Notes: generated by a model from the letters alone, not told the origin. A DNA stretch of 64,000 bases from an uncultured bacterium (GCA_965368975.1 CBDUPA010000002.1:32001-96000), one strand, 5' to 3'. Positions 1 to 12,835 are shown, numbered from the stretch's first letter. A program made the numbers and translations.

Positions 1-2008
1 CGACGATCTGGCGCAGGGTCTGGACTTCGAACAGGGGCAGGTTTGGGTCCAGCTCGCCGACGGCGGCGCGCAGGGGTCCCGCGAGGTTCGCGGGGTCGCC
101 GGATTCGGCACGTAGAACGACGGTGGCGTACTCCATCGGCCGTTGCATGACGGGCCAGTAGATATCCGGACCGGGCTCGGCGTCGAGCGAGTTGTGACGC
201 ACATTACCGACGACGCCGACGATGGTCATCCACGAGCTCTCGGGATTGCTTGGATCACCGTGCGTGATGCGCTGGCCGATGGGGTCTTGGTCAGGCCAGA
301 ACGTCTCGGCAGCGGCGCGGCTGATGATGGCGACGCGCTGGGCACCGATGGCGTCCTGGTCGTTGAACAGGCGACCGCGGTCGAGCTGGATGCCCATGGT
401 CTCGAAGTAGTCGGGACCCACGACGCGGATGTTGGCGTTGGGCTCCTTATTGGGCTCGGGGATCGGCCGACCATCGACGTAGAAGATGAGGACGAAGTTG
501 CCGCCGGTCAGCGGCATTGGCATGATCGAGGCGGCGCGCTCGACGCCCGGCAAAGCTTCGGCACGCTCGAACAGCTGTTGATAGAAGCGGGCGCGCGCGG
601 CTTCGTCGGGATACTGGCTCTCGGGCAGCGTCAGGCTGGCGGTCAGCACGCCCTCGGCGTCGAAACCCGGGCTGACGTCGAGCAGTTCGCCGAGGCTGCG
701 TAGCAGCAGGCCGGCGACGATCAGCACGACCAGGGTCAGCGCGACTTCGGCGAAGACGAGAGAGCTGCGCGTGATGCGGTTGCGGCGTCCCGTGCCGGCG
801 CCTTGGCTGCCCTCGCGCAACGCCGAGTTGAGGTCGGGCCGGCTGGCCTGCAGGGCCGGTAGCAGGCCGAAGAGCAAGCCGGTGAGCAGCGACAAAACGA
901 GGGTGAAGACCAGGACATCACCATTGACGGCAATGTTGTCGGCGCGCGGGATGCCACCGTCCTGAATACCGAGGAGCAACCGTGTACCCCAGCCGGCGAA
1001 CAGCAGACCGAGGGCGCCACCGGCCAGGGCCAGCAGGGCGCTCTCGGTGAGGAACTGGCGCAGCAGGCGTCGACGGCCGGCGCCGAGAGCGGTGCGCAGG
1101 GCGACTTCGCGCTCGCGCAGCGACAGCCGCGACAGCATCAGGCTGGCGACGTTGGCACACGCGATCAACAGCACCAGTCCGACGGCGCCGAGCAACATCA
1201 GCAGGCCGGTCTCGACGTCTTCGACCATCATGTCTTGCAGCGGCTGAGCAAAGGCGTCCCAGCCGGTGTTGGAGCCCGGGTACTCCTCGCGCAAGCGGGC
1301 GGTGATGGTGTCCAGTTCTGTGTTGACCTGGGTCAGCGAGACGTCCGCCTTCAAGCGCCCGTAAACGCTGAAGTAGTGAGAGCCTCGGCCGGTCTCCTCG
1401 ACATTCAGGCGCAGAGGCGCGAAGACGTCCCAGAAGGTCTGCGGAAAGTCGGCGGGCAGGACGCCGATGACGGTGTAGGGCTCGTCGCTCAGGCGGATGT
1501 CCTGGCCAATCAAGCCTGGATCGCCACCGAAGCGGCTCTGCCACAGGCTGTGGCTGATCACGACGACGGGTGGGCCTCCGAGCTGGTCGTCTTCGGGCTG
1601 CAGCAAGCGACCGACGGCAGGACGGGTGCTGAGGACTTCGAAGTAGTTGCCACTCACCAGGCTGCCATTGAGCCGCAAGGGCTCACCGTCTCCGGTCAGG
1701 TGATAGCTGCTACCGCTGCGGGCGGCCAGCGCCTCGAAGCTCGACGCCTGGTCGCGATAATCGACGTAGTTGGGCGGCGAGACGCTGAACCGGGGAAAGC
1801 CGGCGTCGAGGTTGCGCTCCCAGATACGCACCAAGCGATCGGGCTCATCGTAGGCCAGGGGCTCGAGCAAAACACCGTTGACGACGGTGAAAATGGCGCT
1901 ATTGGCCCCGATGCCGAGCGCCAGCGTGAGGATCGCGATGAGCGTGAAGGCGGGGCTCTTGCGCAGCGTGCGCAGGGCGTAGCGAAGGTCTTGCAGCAAG
2001 CTTTCCAT
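1..2008 (-). CDS. ABC-type permease, ADOP (acidobacterial duplicated orphan permease, MacB/FtsX-like); 3' end runs off the window
   Basis: Absent from the ORF track because there is no stop in the window. Manual translation from ATG 2008 (GGAG upstream): MESLLQDLRYALRTLRKSPAFTLIAILTLALGIGANSAIFTVVNGVLL, later LLIACANVASLML...REVALRTALGAGRRRLLRQFLTES, typical ADOP motifs. Confidence 0.92.
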   Translation of the reverse strand, partial: MESLLQDLRYALRTLRKSPAFTLIAILTLALGIGANSAIFTVVNGVLLEPLAYDEPDRLVRIWERNLDAGFPRFSVSPPNYVDYRDQASSFEALAARSGSSYHLTGDGEPLRLNGSLVSGNYFEVLSTRPAVGRLLQPEDDQLGGPPVVVISHSLWQSRFGGDPGLIGQDIRLSDEPYTVIGVLPADFPQTFWDVFAPLRLNVEETGRGSHYFSVYGRLKADVSLTQVNTELDTITARLREEYPGSNTGWDAFAQPLQDMMVEDVETGLLMLLGAVGLVLLIACANVASLMLSRLSLREREVALRTALGAGRRRLLRQFLTESALLALAGGALGLLFAGWGTRLLLGIQDGGIPRADNIAVNGDVLVFTLVLSLLTGLLFGLLPALQASRPDLNSALREGSQGAGTGRRNRITRSSLVFAEVALTLVVLIVAGLLLRSLGELLDVSPGFDAEGVLTASLTLPESQYPDEAARARFYQQLFERAEALPGVERAASIMPMPLTGGNFVLIFYVDGRPIPEPNKEPNANIRVVGPDYFETMGIQLDRGRLFNDQDAIGAQRVAIISRAAAETFWPDQDPIGQRITHGDPSNPESSWMTIVGVVGNVRHNSLDAEPGPDIYWPVMQRPMEYATVVLRAESGDPANLAGPLRAAVGELDPNLPLFEVQTLRQIV

Positions 2009-2059
2009 GACATTCTCCTGGACGGTTGAGGCAGTCCGCGACAGCGGTTCGCATCTTCA

Positions 2060-2085
2060 TACGCACGGTGATCGACGCAAGTTTC
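2060..2085 (-). promoter_or_regulatory. Candidate ECF-sigma promoter for the ADOP permease (GAAAC-N17-CGTA)
   Basis: Minus strand GAAAC TTGCGTCGATCACCGTG CGTA about 50 nt upstream of the ATG; resembles the AAC/CGT ECF consensus. Confidence 0.4.
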
Positions 2086-2118
2086 TCTACGCAGAGAGGA
2101 AAACTACCACGGTCGTGG

Positions 2119-5103
<2,985 letters not shown>

Positions 5104-5203
5104 GGCGAGGGATAGTAGCAGAAGTAAGGCGGAAGTCTCAGCCCATCGCGATGCACCAAAGACGTGCCAACCGACTCGCGAACCCGAGGGAAGAAGGGTC
5201 GGA

Positions 5204-5235
5204 GGGCAGGCTCATGGGCCACCCCCTACCCAGAA
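5204..5235. repeat. Solo GTAG-type REP-like palindrome
   Basis: GGGCAGGCTCATGGGCCACCCCCTACCCAGAA matches the reverse complement of 53615-53646 with 3 mismatches in 32 nt. Confidence 0.7.
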
Positions 5236-5322
5236 CAACCGGCTAGCGATCCAGCGCGGCCATCCGGCGCGGCAAAGCCGCGAGGATAGGGGTGAGGGGA
5301 GCAGAATCACACTTCTGCGACC

Positions 5323-5348
5323 CGAGGGGGCCGCCGAGGCCCCCCTCG
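5323..5348. terminator. GC-rich hairpin downstream of the VWA gene (terminator-like or palindromic element)
   Basis: CGAGGGGGCC-GCCGA-GGCCCCCCTCG; no clear U-tract. Confidence 0.35.
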
Positions 5349-5393
5349 AGAACAACATATCGACTTCTTTCGCGAGGCGGTTCTCGCCGCGCG

Positions 5394-6620
5394 TCAGAAG
5401 TCGATATAGCCGTCGCGCGTCCGGATATCGACGCTGGCACCGCTGACGCGCACGCGTACCGCACGCCAGCGGCCGTCGTTGCGGAGGTCCGACGGGTAGT
5501 AGCCGAGCACGTACTGCTCGCGCAACTCCTGCAAAATGCCTCGGTACGCACCGGCCAGCTCATTGATGTCACCCAGAAGTTCCAGGCGGCCACCGCTCTG
5601 CTCGACAGCTTGCTGTAGCAGGTCCATTTCGAGCTGGTTGCTGTTGGCGTCGCGCCAGGCGGAAGCGACGGGCATGGCTTCTTCCAGCGGCACATCGGAC
5701 AGGTGGATCCAGTAGATCGACGCCTGACTGCGCTGAGCTCGCCACAGGACCTGATCCATCGGCAGGACGCTGTGGACGTCGATGCCGTCGGACAGCAGCA
5801 CGACCACGCGCCGGCCTTGACGCTGATCGAGGGCACTCAGGGCCATGTACAGGTGGTCGTTGACCGCAGTGCCGCCACGCGCCTCGATGTCGTCCAGCGC
5901 GGCCAGGAGTTCCTGGCGGTCGCCTGTGAACTCGGTGGCGCGGAAGAGCTGGTCGGAGAACAGGATCAGCATGGCTTCGTCCAGTTCCTTCATATCTTCG
6001 ATGAAGGCTCGGGCACCGGCCATGGCAGCGTCTAAACGGTCGCCTTGCATGCTCTCGCTGACGTCGATCAACAGGATTGCGGTCAGTGGCACCTGCCCCT
6101 TTTCGAAGGTCACGATTTCTTGACGATCTCCGTCATCCAGAATGGTGAACTGCGTGCGGTCCAGGTTGAGTACGCGGCTGCCGGAGTTCGAAGCGGTGAC
6201 GTAGAGCTGCTGCAGCTCCAGATCGACCACTTCGTCGACACGAATCTCCGGGGTCTCGAAGCTGTCTTCCTTGACCTGGCCGGTCACCGTGGTCACCACG
6301 ACGCGGAAACGATGCTTGCGATTCTCCTGGCCGGCGTCGAAGTTTGCTTCGAAGGGCGGCTGGGAGCGGCGGCTGACGAGCTTACCGTCGACGTACATCT
6401 CGACCTTGGCGATCGCCTCGTCGCTCTGCACTTCGACCACCATTCGGCCTGGACCGAACGCCGGCTTCAAGAAAGAGGGCTCACTGATCATCACCTGGAT
6501 GTCCGCGGCGGCCGGGGCGGCGGTGACAACACCGAGCAACAGGGCGAGAGCACAAGCAGCCAGGCGGCCCAGCCATGCGGTAGCAGGGAAAGTAGAGAAA
6601 CAGGAGGTAGCTGATGACAT
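5394..6620 (-). CDS. Secreted VWA-domain protein (acidobacterial VWFA-related type) with N-terminal Ig-like domain
   Basis: Signal peptide ending AAA-D; MIDAS residues DVSES...GGT...LLSDG; C-terminus ELREQYVLGYYPS...DGRWRAVRVRV...RTRDGY; GGGAG RBS. Confidence 0.9.
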   Translation of the reverse strand: MSSATSCFSTFPATAWLGRLAACALALLLGVVTAAPAAADIQVMISEPSFLKPAFGPGRMVVEVQSDEAIAKVEMYVDGKLVSRRSQPPFEANFDAGQENRKHRFRVVVTTVTGQVKEDSFETPEIRVDEVVDLELQQLYVTASNSGSRVLNLDRTQFTILDDGDRQEIVTFEKGQVPLTAILLIDVSESMQGDRLDAAMAGARAFIEDMKELDEAMLILFSDQLFRATEFTGDRQELLAALDDIEARGGTAVNDHLYMALSALDQRQGRRVVVLLSDGIDVHSVLPMDQVLWRAQRSQASIYWIHLSDVPLEEAMPVASAWRDANSNQLEMDLLQQAVEQSGGRLELLGDINELAGAYRGILQELREQYVLGYYPSDLRNDGRWRAVRVRVSGASVDIRTRDGYIDF

Positions 6621-6632
6621 GGTGAATCTCCC

Positions 6633-7919
6633 TCAAAGGTCCGCGAGGTACTCGCGCAGCGGTTCCAGGCGATTCTCGGCGTGTTGCCGCAGGTCGGCCC
6701 GCAGCTTTCGCATCACTTCGTCCGGCCAGCGGTTGTAGAGCAAGCGTGGCGACGGCGCTGCTTGTCGCGAAGTGGCTTCAATCTCGGCCAGCACACGATT
6801 CGAGTCCGCCGAACGACGGGTGCGCTCATAGAGCAGGCTTTGCTGTAGCGCCAGACGCTGGTCCGAGGGGAAGCGCGCCCGCGCTTCCTCGAGCAGCGGC
6901 TCGGCTGCCGGGTAGGCCTCGTCGTCGAGGTGGATGCGAATCAGCTCCTGATATGCCAGCACGATGGGCCAGGCGTCGCCAGTCTCGCGAGTGATCTGAC
7001 GCAGCGCCTCGGTGCCGTCACGGGTACCGCGGACGCGCTCCAGGTTGAGCGCGTAGCGCAGCTGCCCTTCGAGGTCCTTCGGGTGGCGCTTGGTCAACTC
7101 GCCGAAGTAATACAGCGCTTCCATGTAATCGCCGGTCTTCTCCATGACTGTGCCCATACCGAGCAGCGCCGCCTGGTTACCCTGGTCGAGCGCCAAGGCC
7201 TTGTCGTACAGCTCCGTACAACGGCAGAAGGTGCTCGTCATGTACTCCTGGAGCAAGCCGCCCAGGCTGGTCAAGGCACGACTGGCGATGATCTGCGAGC
7301 CTTGCCCCTGCGCGTTGGCGGCATAGCTCTCCGTCAGCACGCGCGCCACTTCCCGCGAGTGATTCGACAGGAACCAGATGCGGCGGTCGCGGTAGCGGGT
7401 ACTCGCCTCGTGGTGCATCATGATGATGGGCAGGAGCAGTTCCGGCTGTCTCTGCGCGATCGGCTTGAGCAACCCGCTTTCGGCCTTGAACAGTTCCTTG
7501 AGCCCCAGGCGCGGTGAGACGTAGCGCATCTCGAGGTCCATCAGGTGGTCGACGGCATCGTCGAGATCCCCGCTGGCGAGTTCCCCGAGAACGTTGCGGT
7601 ACCCCAACTCGACCTTCTTGGGGTCGAAATTCTCGATCACCGGACCGCGCTCGAAGCGCCCCCGCTCACGGTTGCGGGCGCGCGATTGTGGTCGTGGTTG
7701 CGGTTGCGGAGCCGCCTCGGCACGATTGGTGAGACTCAAGTGACGGCCCACGGCCGCACCGCTCGTGGCGGATGTGCCCGTAGCCGGGACCTCCGGCACT
7801 GGCATCGAAAACGCAACCAGCGACACCAACAATGCCGCCGCCAGCGGGGTCCGTGCCCACGGAACCGCCGGATCGGCACTGTACTGCGCAGCAGGAGAGT
7901 GCAGGTTTGGGAATATCAA
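6633..7919 (-). CDS. Exported tetratricopeptide-repeat protein
   Basis: TTG start after GGAGGGAG; N-terminal hydrophobic segment; TPR-like helices (LYDKALALDQGNQAALLGMG, LLEEARARFPSD); 12 nt gap to the VWA gene. Confidence 0.8.
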   Translation of the reverse strand: MIFPNLHSPAAQYSADPAVPWARTPLAAALLVSLVAFSMPVPEVPATGTSATSGAAVGRHLSLTNRAEAAPQPQPRPQSRARNRERGRFERGPVIENFDPKKVELGYRNVLGELASGDLDDAVDHLMDLEMRYVSPRLGLKELFKAESGLLKPIAQRQPELLLPIIMMHHEASTRYRDRRIWFLSNHSREVARVLTESYAANAQGQGSQIIASRALTSLGGLLQEYMTSTFCRCTELYDKALALDQGNQAALLGMGTVMEKTGDYMEALYYFGELTKRHPKDLEGQLRYALNLERVRGTRDGTEALRQITRETGDAWPIVLAYQELIRIHLDDEAYPAAEPLLEEARARFPSDQRLALQQSLLYERTRRSADSNRVLAEIEATSRQAAPSPRLLYNRWPDEVMRKLRADLRQHAENRLEPLREYLADL

Positions 7920-8003
7920 GGTTCTCCCTCCCTTGGGGCTTGCCGGGGGAAACGAGGCCCCCCGGTCGTGAAACCGACGAAGCTGAAGGCTCAGACTGTG
8001 TTT

Positions 8004-8726
8004 CTACAACACATTTTCCTTGTGTTCAATTCCGAAGCGCCGTAGACGGCAGCGCAGGCGCGCCGCACGGCTGTAGATCTGGTTGGCCGTCAGGCCCTCC
8101 TCCAGGCCCTTCGACACCTCGGCGACGAGTTCCCGCCCTGCGTATCCAGCCATGCGCACGCGCAGAAGGCGCAACTCGAAGCGAGCTTGAGCTGCACTGG
8201 CAGCCGAGGTCTCGAGACGTCGCAGGATCGTGCTCACGCGTTCGCGCTGCAGCAGCCGCTGCTCCGGATCGAAGATCGAATCGGCAACCAAGCACCGACC
8301 GTCGACTTCGTGCAGGCTCAGGCGCTGCAGAGTGCCTCCCCGTTTGTCGCGGCTGGCGCGACGTAGGTAATCCGTCACCGCACAGTGTGCCAGACGAAAG
8401 AGGTACTTGCGCACCGCCCCAGGGTGCAGTTGACGCAGCCCCTGCACCAAATGCTCTTGGCATTCCAACAAGCGGCAATACACGGCCTGTAGGCAATCGC
8501 ACAGATCCTCACCCTGTAACTTCGCGGGTCGTCGACTCCAGGCGCTGTGAGCACCGGCGCGCAGGACGACGTCGAAGCAACGGAAGAAACCGTCCCAGTC
8601 GAACGATGATGGTGCTTCCCGCGGACCCGGACGGTCCACGTCGCGCACCCGATCTCGCGGTCGGAACGCCCCCTCGCCGCCGCAGTCAGAATTCCACGGA
8701 TCGCCTGTCTCGGCACGATGCTCCAT
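8004..8726 (-). CDS. Divergent ECF-type sigma-70 factor, Cys-rich
   Basis: ATG 8726 with GGGAG RBS; region-2-like EDLCDCLQAVYCRLL...YLFRLAHCAVTDYLRR...KRGG; linker DPEQRLLQRE; region-4-like C-terminus QIYSRAARLRCRL. Confidence 0.7.
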   Translation of the reverse strand: MEHRAETGDPWNSDCGGEGAFRPRDRVRDVDRPGPREAPSSFDWDGFFRCFDVVLRAGAHSAWSRRPAKLQGEDLCDCLQAVYCRLLECQEHLVQGLRQLHPGAVRKYLFRLAHCAVTDYLRRASRDKRGGTLQRLSLHEVDGRCLVADSIFDPEQRLLQRERVSTILRRLETSAASAAQARFELRLLRVRMAGYAGRELVAEVSKGLEEGLTANQIYSRAARLRCRLRRFGIEHKENVL

Positions 8727-8927
8727 ACTCCCGGCTCCTGCGTGGAACCGAAGGCATAGCCGACGCTCTGGACTCTCGGACTTCGAAGCAAGCACGGCGA
8801 GCGTAGCAGCTGGCTCCCCTGGCGGCAACCAGCACCAACACGCACCAACACCAGCCGGGAAGCCGCCCCCGAAGCGCGCAGACGGATCCCATCACCATCG
8901 CACATAAGTGATAGCATTCGGTCGTCC

Positions 8928-9572
8928 ATGACTCCTATCGACGATAAGCCAGAACCTGCCGCGGCCACTGTGCCGGAAGACCAGACCGACGTCACCCAGT
9001 TGCTCCTCGACTGGAGCCGAGGGGATCGTAGCGCCTTGACGCGCCTGATGCCCTTGGTGTTCGGTGAGCTGCACCGCATCGCCGAAGGCTACTTCCGTCG
9101 AGAGCGCTCGAGCCACACCTTGCAGCCGACCGCTCTGGTCAACGAGGTCTATCTACGCCTGATCGACCGTCGGCGCGTCCAGTGGCACAATCGCGCCCAC
9201 TTCTTCGGCTTCGCCGCGCAACTGATGCGCAATATCTTGGTCGACCACGCCCGCGCTCGCCAGACCGCCAAGCGCGGCGGCGACGCCATCACCGTGACGC
9301 TCGACGAGGCCTTCGGGCCACTGCACACCCCCGACCTCGACCTGATCGCGCTCGACGACTGCCTGAATCGCCTGCAGGGGCTCGATGAGCGCCAAAGCAA
9401 GATCGTCGAGCTGCGCTTCTTCGCCGGCTTGACGGTCGACGAGACCGCGGAGGTCATGGACGTCTCTCCAACGACGGTCAAGCGCGAATGGCGAACGGCC
9501 AAGCTGTGGCTGTTTCGTGAACTCAGCCGCGGCCCCAAGATCCCCGGCGCCCCCCCTGCGTCTTCCGTCTGA
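8928..9572 (+). CDS. ECF sigma factor, TIGR02999/ECF43-like (kinase-associated)
   Basis: VTQLL..W..GD..AL..L.PLVFGELHRIA, HTLQPTALVNEVYLRL, AKRGG, IVELRFFAGLT..ETAEV..VS..TVKREW. Confidence 0.93.
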   Translation: MTPIDDKPEPAAATVPEDQTDVTQLLLDWSRGDRSALTRLMPLVFGELHRIAEGYFRRERSSHTLQPTALVNEVYLRLIDRRRVQWHNRAHFFGFAAQLMRNILVDHARARQTAKRGGDAITVTLDEAFGPLHTPDLDLIALDDCLNRLQGLDERQSKIVELRFFAGLTVDETAEVMDVSPTTVKREWRTAKLWLFRELSRGPKIPGAPPASSV

Positions 9573-9721
9573 ATTCCAGCCCGTTCGGGCCGCTTGATTT
9601 CCATCAGGGTCCGCCTTTCGAGATGGTCTGTCCGCGAGAGCGCTCTCGCGTTCTAGAACGAAGACCATTCTGCGCTGATATAGTGTTACTTAAATATAGG
9701 TGAGTCTATAGGGGAAGTCTG

Positions 9722-12262
9722 TTGGACATCGAACACAATGAGCGCGCCAGAGACTTGTGGCAGCGCGCCAAGCTGATCCTGGACGAGGTTCTGGACGCTG
9801 AGCCGGAGCAACGACATCAGCTGCTGGCTCTGCGCTGCGACGGCGACTCGGATCTGCGCCAAGAGGTTGAGGACCTTCTGGCCACGGAAGCCGCAATGGC
9901 CACCGCCAGCTTCATCGAGAAACCCGCTGTCTCGTTGCACAACCTGGCCCCGGAACCCAGCCTGGTCGGCGAGCAGGTGGGACCGTACGAGGTCTTGGAA
10001 GAGATCGGGCGCGGCGGCATGGGTACCGTCTACCTGGCCGTGCGCAAGGATGACTTCCAGCGTCGAGTCGCCCTCAAGGTCATCCGTCGTGGCCTGGATA
10101 CCGAAGCTATCGTCGGCCGCTTCCACAACGAGCGTCAGATCCTCGCCAACCTCGAGCATCCCAACATCGCCCGCCTCTACGATGGCGCGTCGACCACGGA
10201 TGGCCGCCCCTATCTAGTGATGGAGCACGTCGAGGGAGCCCCGATCGACGCCTACTGCGACCAGCGGCACCTGACCACGCGCGAGCGCCTGGAACTGATC
10301 TGCAAGGTGTGCGACGCCGTCCAGGCCGCGCACCAGAACCTGGTGGTGCACCGTGACCTCAAGCCGAGCAACATCCTGGTCACCGCCGACGGCAACCCCA
10401 AGCTATTGGACTTTGGCATCGCCAAGCTGGTCGATCCCGAGGTTGGCGACCTGACGACGCAACTGGACGGCGGTCCGCGCGCCTTCACTCCCGAGTACGC
10501 CAGCCCCGAGCATGTCAACGGCCTGCCCGTCACGGCCAGCAGCGATGTCTACTCCCTGGGCGTCCTGCTCTACGAACTGCTCACCGGTCACCGACCCTAC
10601 GAGTTCGCGTCGCTCAACCCCGTCGAGATCTCGCGCATCGTCTGCGAGCAGCAACCTCGACTCCCGAGCACCGTTGTCGGCCGTCATGTCGAGATCACCC
10701 GGCACAATGGCACGGTAAGAGCGCTCACCCCGGAAGGGGTCAGCCGCACTCGCGATGGAGACCCCCGCATCCTGCGCCGCCGGCTCGCCGGGGACGTCGA
10801 TGCGATCGTGCTCAAAGCGCTGCGCAAGGAGCCCGAACAGCGCTACGGCACTGCCGCCGAACTGGCTCGAGACCTCCGGCGTCACTTGCGGGGAATGCCG
10901 GTGCGGGCGCGCAAGGGGACGACTTCCTACAGAGCTGGGAAGTTCTTGCGGCGTCGGTGGAAGGAGATTGCGGCGGCGGCTGTTGTACTGACCCTAGTCG
11001 GATTCGCAGGGGCCCAAGTACTTGCACGCCAGCAGGGCGAAGAGAGGACGGAAGAATTTTATGAACTATTTAAGAACGCGCTCCAACGCGCCGATCCAAG
11101 CCGCACAGGTGGTCAAGAGGCTACACTTCGGGACTTCTTGGATGCTACCTCGCAACAGATCCTTGCGAGTGCTCCTACACAGTCTGACCTGACGGCTTCG
11201 CTGCTTGGGACCATTGGCAGAATCTACACAAGGTCTGGAGATCGAAGCAAAGGTCTGGAACTGCAACTAGAAGGACTGAGAATCCGTAGAGCAACCCTGC
11301 GGGCCGACGATCCCGACCTAGCCTACAGCCTATTGAATCTTGGACTTACTCTGGGCCCCAGAAATCCACAGACCCGAGAGTTGGCGGATGAGGCCCTCAG
11401 GATTCTGAAGGACCAGACGTTCTCAACTGACGACGAAAAGGAACTCCAGACTATCGGGCTGAGCCTGCTTGCGGCAGTAGAAGTCACAGATCAGAAGTTC
11501 GACCAAGCCGAGAATTTGAATCGACAAGCTCTGGCTATCAAGATAGACCTGTTTGGTGAAGAGAGCCTTGAGGTGGCAACCACCTACAATAACTTGGGCG
11601 AGATCTATTTCAGGAAGGGCGACTACGAGCGAGCGAGGCTGGAATTCGAGAGAGCTCTTGAGATTCGGCAAGCACAATTGGACGCGAGAACTCCGCATGT
11701 AGCAAGAAGTCTGAACAATCTGGGATTAACTTTGACCTACCTGTCCCCGGCAGCCGGTGAAGAGATGCTCCGAGAAACTGTATCGCTACGCCGAGTAATA
11801 TTTCCAGATTCTCCGAGAACCATCGCAAGCGCTCTGGCCAACCTTGGTGTCAATTTCAGAATTCAAGGGCAGCTGACACAAGCGGAACAAGTCCAGCGAG
11901 AAGCTCTAGACATGGTTGGCGGTCCAGAGGGTGCCAGCACCAAGATCCTCCTTAGCCTGGCGGAAACGTTGGTTGAACTCGGCCAGCCTCTTGAGGCAGA
12001 GCAGCTTGCATTGCGGGCAGTCGACAAGGACTCTGGAACCAGTCTTGCCAACGCTCAAAGCCTCCTCGGGGAGATCCGCGCCGAGCAAGGAAGATTGGAC
12101 GAGGCAATCCCTTTGCTCCGCGAATCCTGGCAAACTCTCGACAACTCACCTCTACTAGATACCGCCATAGAAGTCCGCAGAGCCCGAGAACGCATGATCC
12201 GCTACGGCCTGCTCGAAGAAGAACCCGACAAAGACCGCCCCGCTATGCCAACGCAGGTCTGA
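9722..12262 (+). CDS. Hanks-type Ser/Thr protein kinase with transmembrane segment and C-terminal TPRs
   Basis: IGRGGMGTVY, VALK, HRDLKPSN, DFG, TPEYASPE; TM IAAAAVVLTLVGFAGA; TPRs (VATTYNNLGEIY, VARSLNNLG). Confidence 0.95.
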   Translation: MDIEHNERARDLWQRAKLILDEVLDAEPEQRHQLLALRCDGDSDLRQEVEDLLATEAAMATASFIEKPAVSLHNLAPEPSLVGEQVGPYEVLEEIGRGGMGTVYLAVRKDDFQRRVALKVIRRGLDTEAIVGRFHNERQILANLEHPNIARLYDGASTTDGRPYLVMEHVEGAPIDAYCDQRHLTTRERLELICKVCDAVQAAHQNLVVHRDLKPSNILVTADGNPKLLDFGIAKLVDPEVGDLTTQLDGGPRAFTPEYASPEHVNGLPVTASSDVYSLGVLLYELLTGHRPYEFASLNPVEISRIVCEQQPRLPSTVVGRHVEITRHNGTVRALTPEGVSRTRDGDPRILRRRLAGDVDAIVLKALRKEPEQRYGTAAELARDLRRHLRGMPVRARKGTTSYRAGKFLRRRWKEIAAAAVVLTLVGFAGAQVLARQQGEERTEEFYELFKNALQRADPSRTGGQEATLRDFLDATSQQILASAPTQSDLTASLLGTIGRIYTRSGDRSKGLELQLEGLRIRRATLRADDPDLAYSLLNLGLTLGPRNPQTRELADEALRILKDQTFSTDDEKELQTIGLSLLAAVEVTDQKFDQAENLNRQALAIKIDLFGEESLEVATTYNNLGEIYFRKGDYERARLEFERALEIRQAQLDARTPHVARSLNNLGLTLTYLSPAAGEEMLRETVSLRRVIFPDSPRTIASALANLGVNFRIQGQLTQAEQVQREALDMVGGPEGASTKILLSLAETLVELGQPLEAEQLALRAVDKDSGTSLANAQSLLGEIRAEQGRLDEAIPLLRESWQTLDNSPLLDTAIEVRRARERMIRYGLLEEEPDKDRPAMPTQV

Positions 12263-12764
12263 CGCGCTCCCACTCCTCGAAACTCATCCCGTAGGCATTG
12301 GCCGCATCCGCCGGATGCTCCCGCGACGACACCAACCGCCACTCGTCGGCGGGCAACTCCGGCAAGTGCGTATCCCCCTCGACAACCGCGTGCACCCGCG
12401 TCAACCAGGCACGCTGGGCTCGCGGCAGCGCCAAGCGGTAGACGGCTTCACCCCCGAGGATGCACACCAGCTCCTCACCCGCCGCCAGGGCCAGGGCCGC
12501 GTCCAGATTCTGGGCGACCTCGGCACCGGGAGCCTGGTAGTCAGCTCGACGCGTGAGGACGAGGATGCGGCGGTGTGGTAGCGGGCTCACGGGCTGGGTC
12601 GACTCGACCTGCATCGACTCATAGGTCTTGCGCCCCATAATCACCGTCCGATGCATCGTCAAACGCTTGAAGTGAGCCAGATCCGCCGGCAAGTGCCAGG
12701 GCAAATCGCCATCACGGCCGATGACGCGATTCTCGGAGTGGGCAGAGACGAGGACGAGTTCCAT
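12243..12764 (-). CDS. folA: Dihydrofolate reductase
   Basis: ENRVIGRDGDLPWHLPADLAHFKRLT, VIMGRKTYES, PLPHRR, ILGGEAVY, EGDTH. ATG 12764 chosen as start. Confidence 0.95.
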   Translation of the reverse strand: MELVLVSAHSENRVIGRDGDLPWHLPADLAHFKRLTMHRTVIMGRKTYESMQVESTQPVSPLPHRRILVLTRRADYQAPGAEVAQNLDAALALAAGEELVCILGGEAVYRLALPRAQRAWLTRVHAVVEGDTHLPELPADEWRLVSSREHPADAANAYGMSFEEWERVRPALA

Positions 12765-12835
12765 CCCCGTATGGTGCCACAGCACCCCAGGTGCACGACC
12801 GAACCAGCTTGCAAGCAGGCAGCTATACTCCGGCC

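Noticed and set aside
5104-5393. LexA/SOS box upstream of uvrA
   Set aside because: I found no convincing CTGT-N8-ACAG, GAAC-N4-GTTC or GTTC-N7-GTTC match by eye.
7920-8003. Riboswitch or ribozyme in the leader of the TPR gene (CCGGGGG...CCCCCGG hairpin)
   Set aside because: Only a simple hairpin; no recognisable aptamer or hammerhead core. An Rfam scan would be needed.
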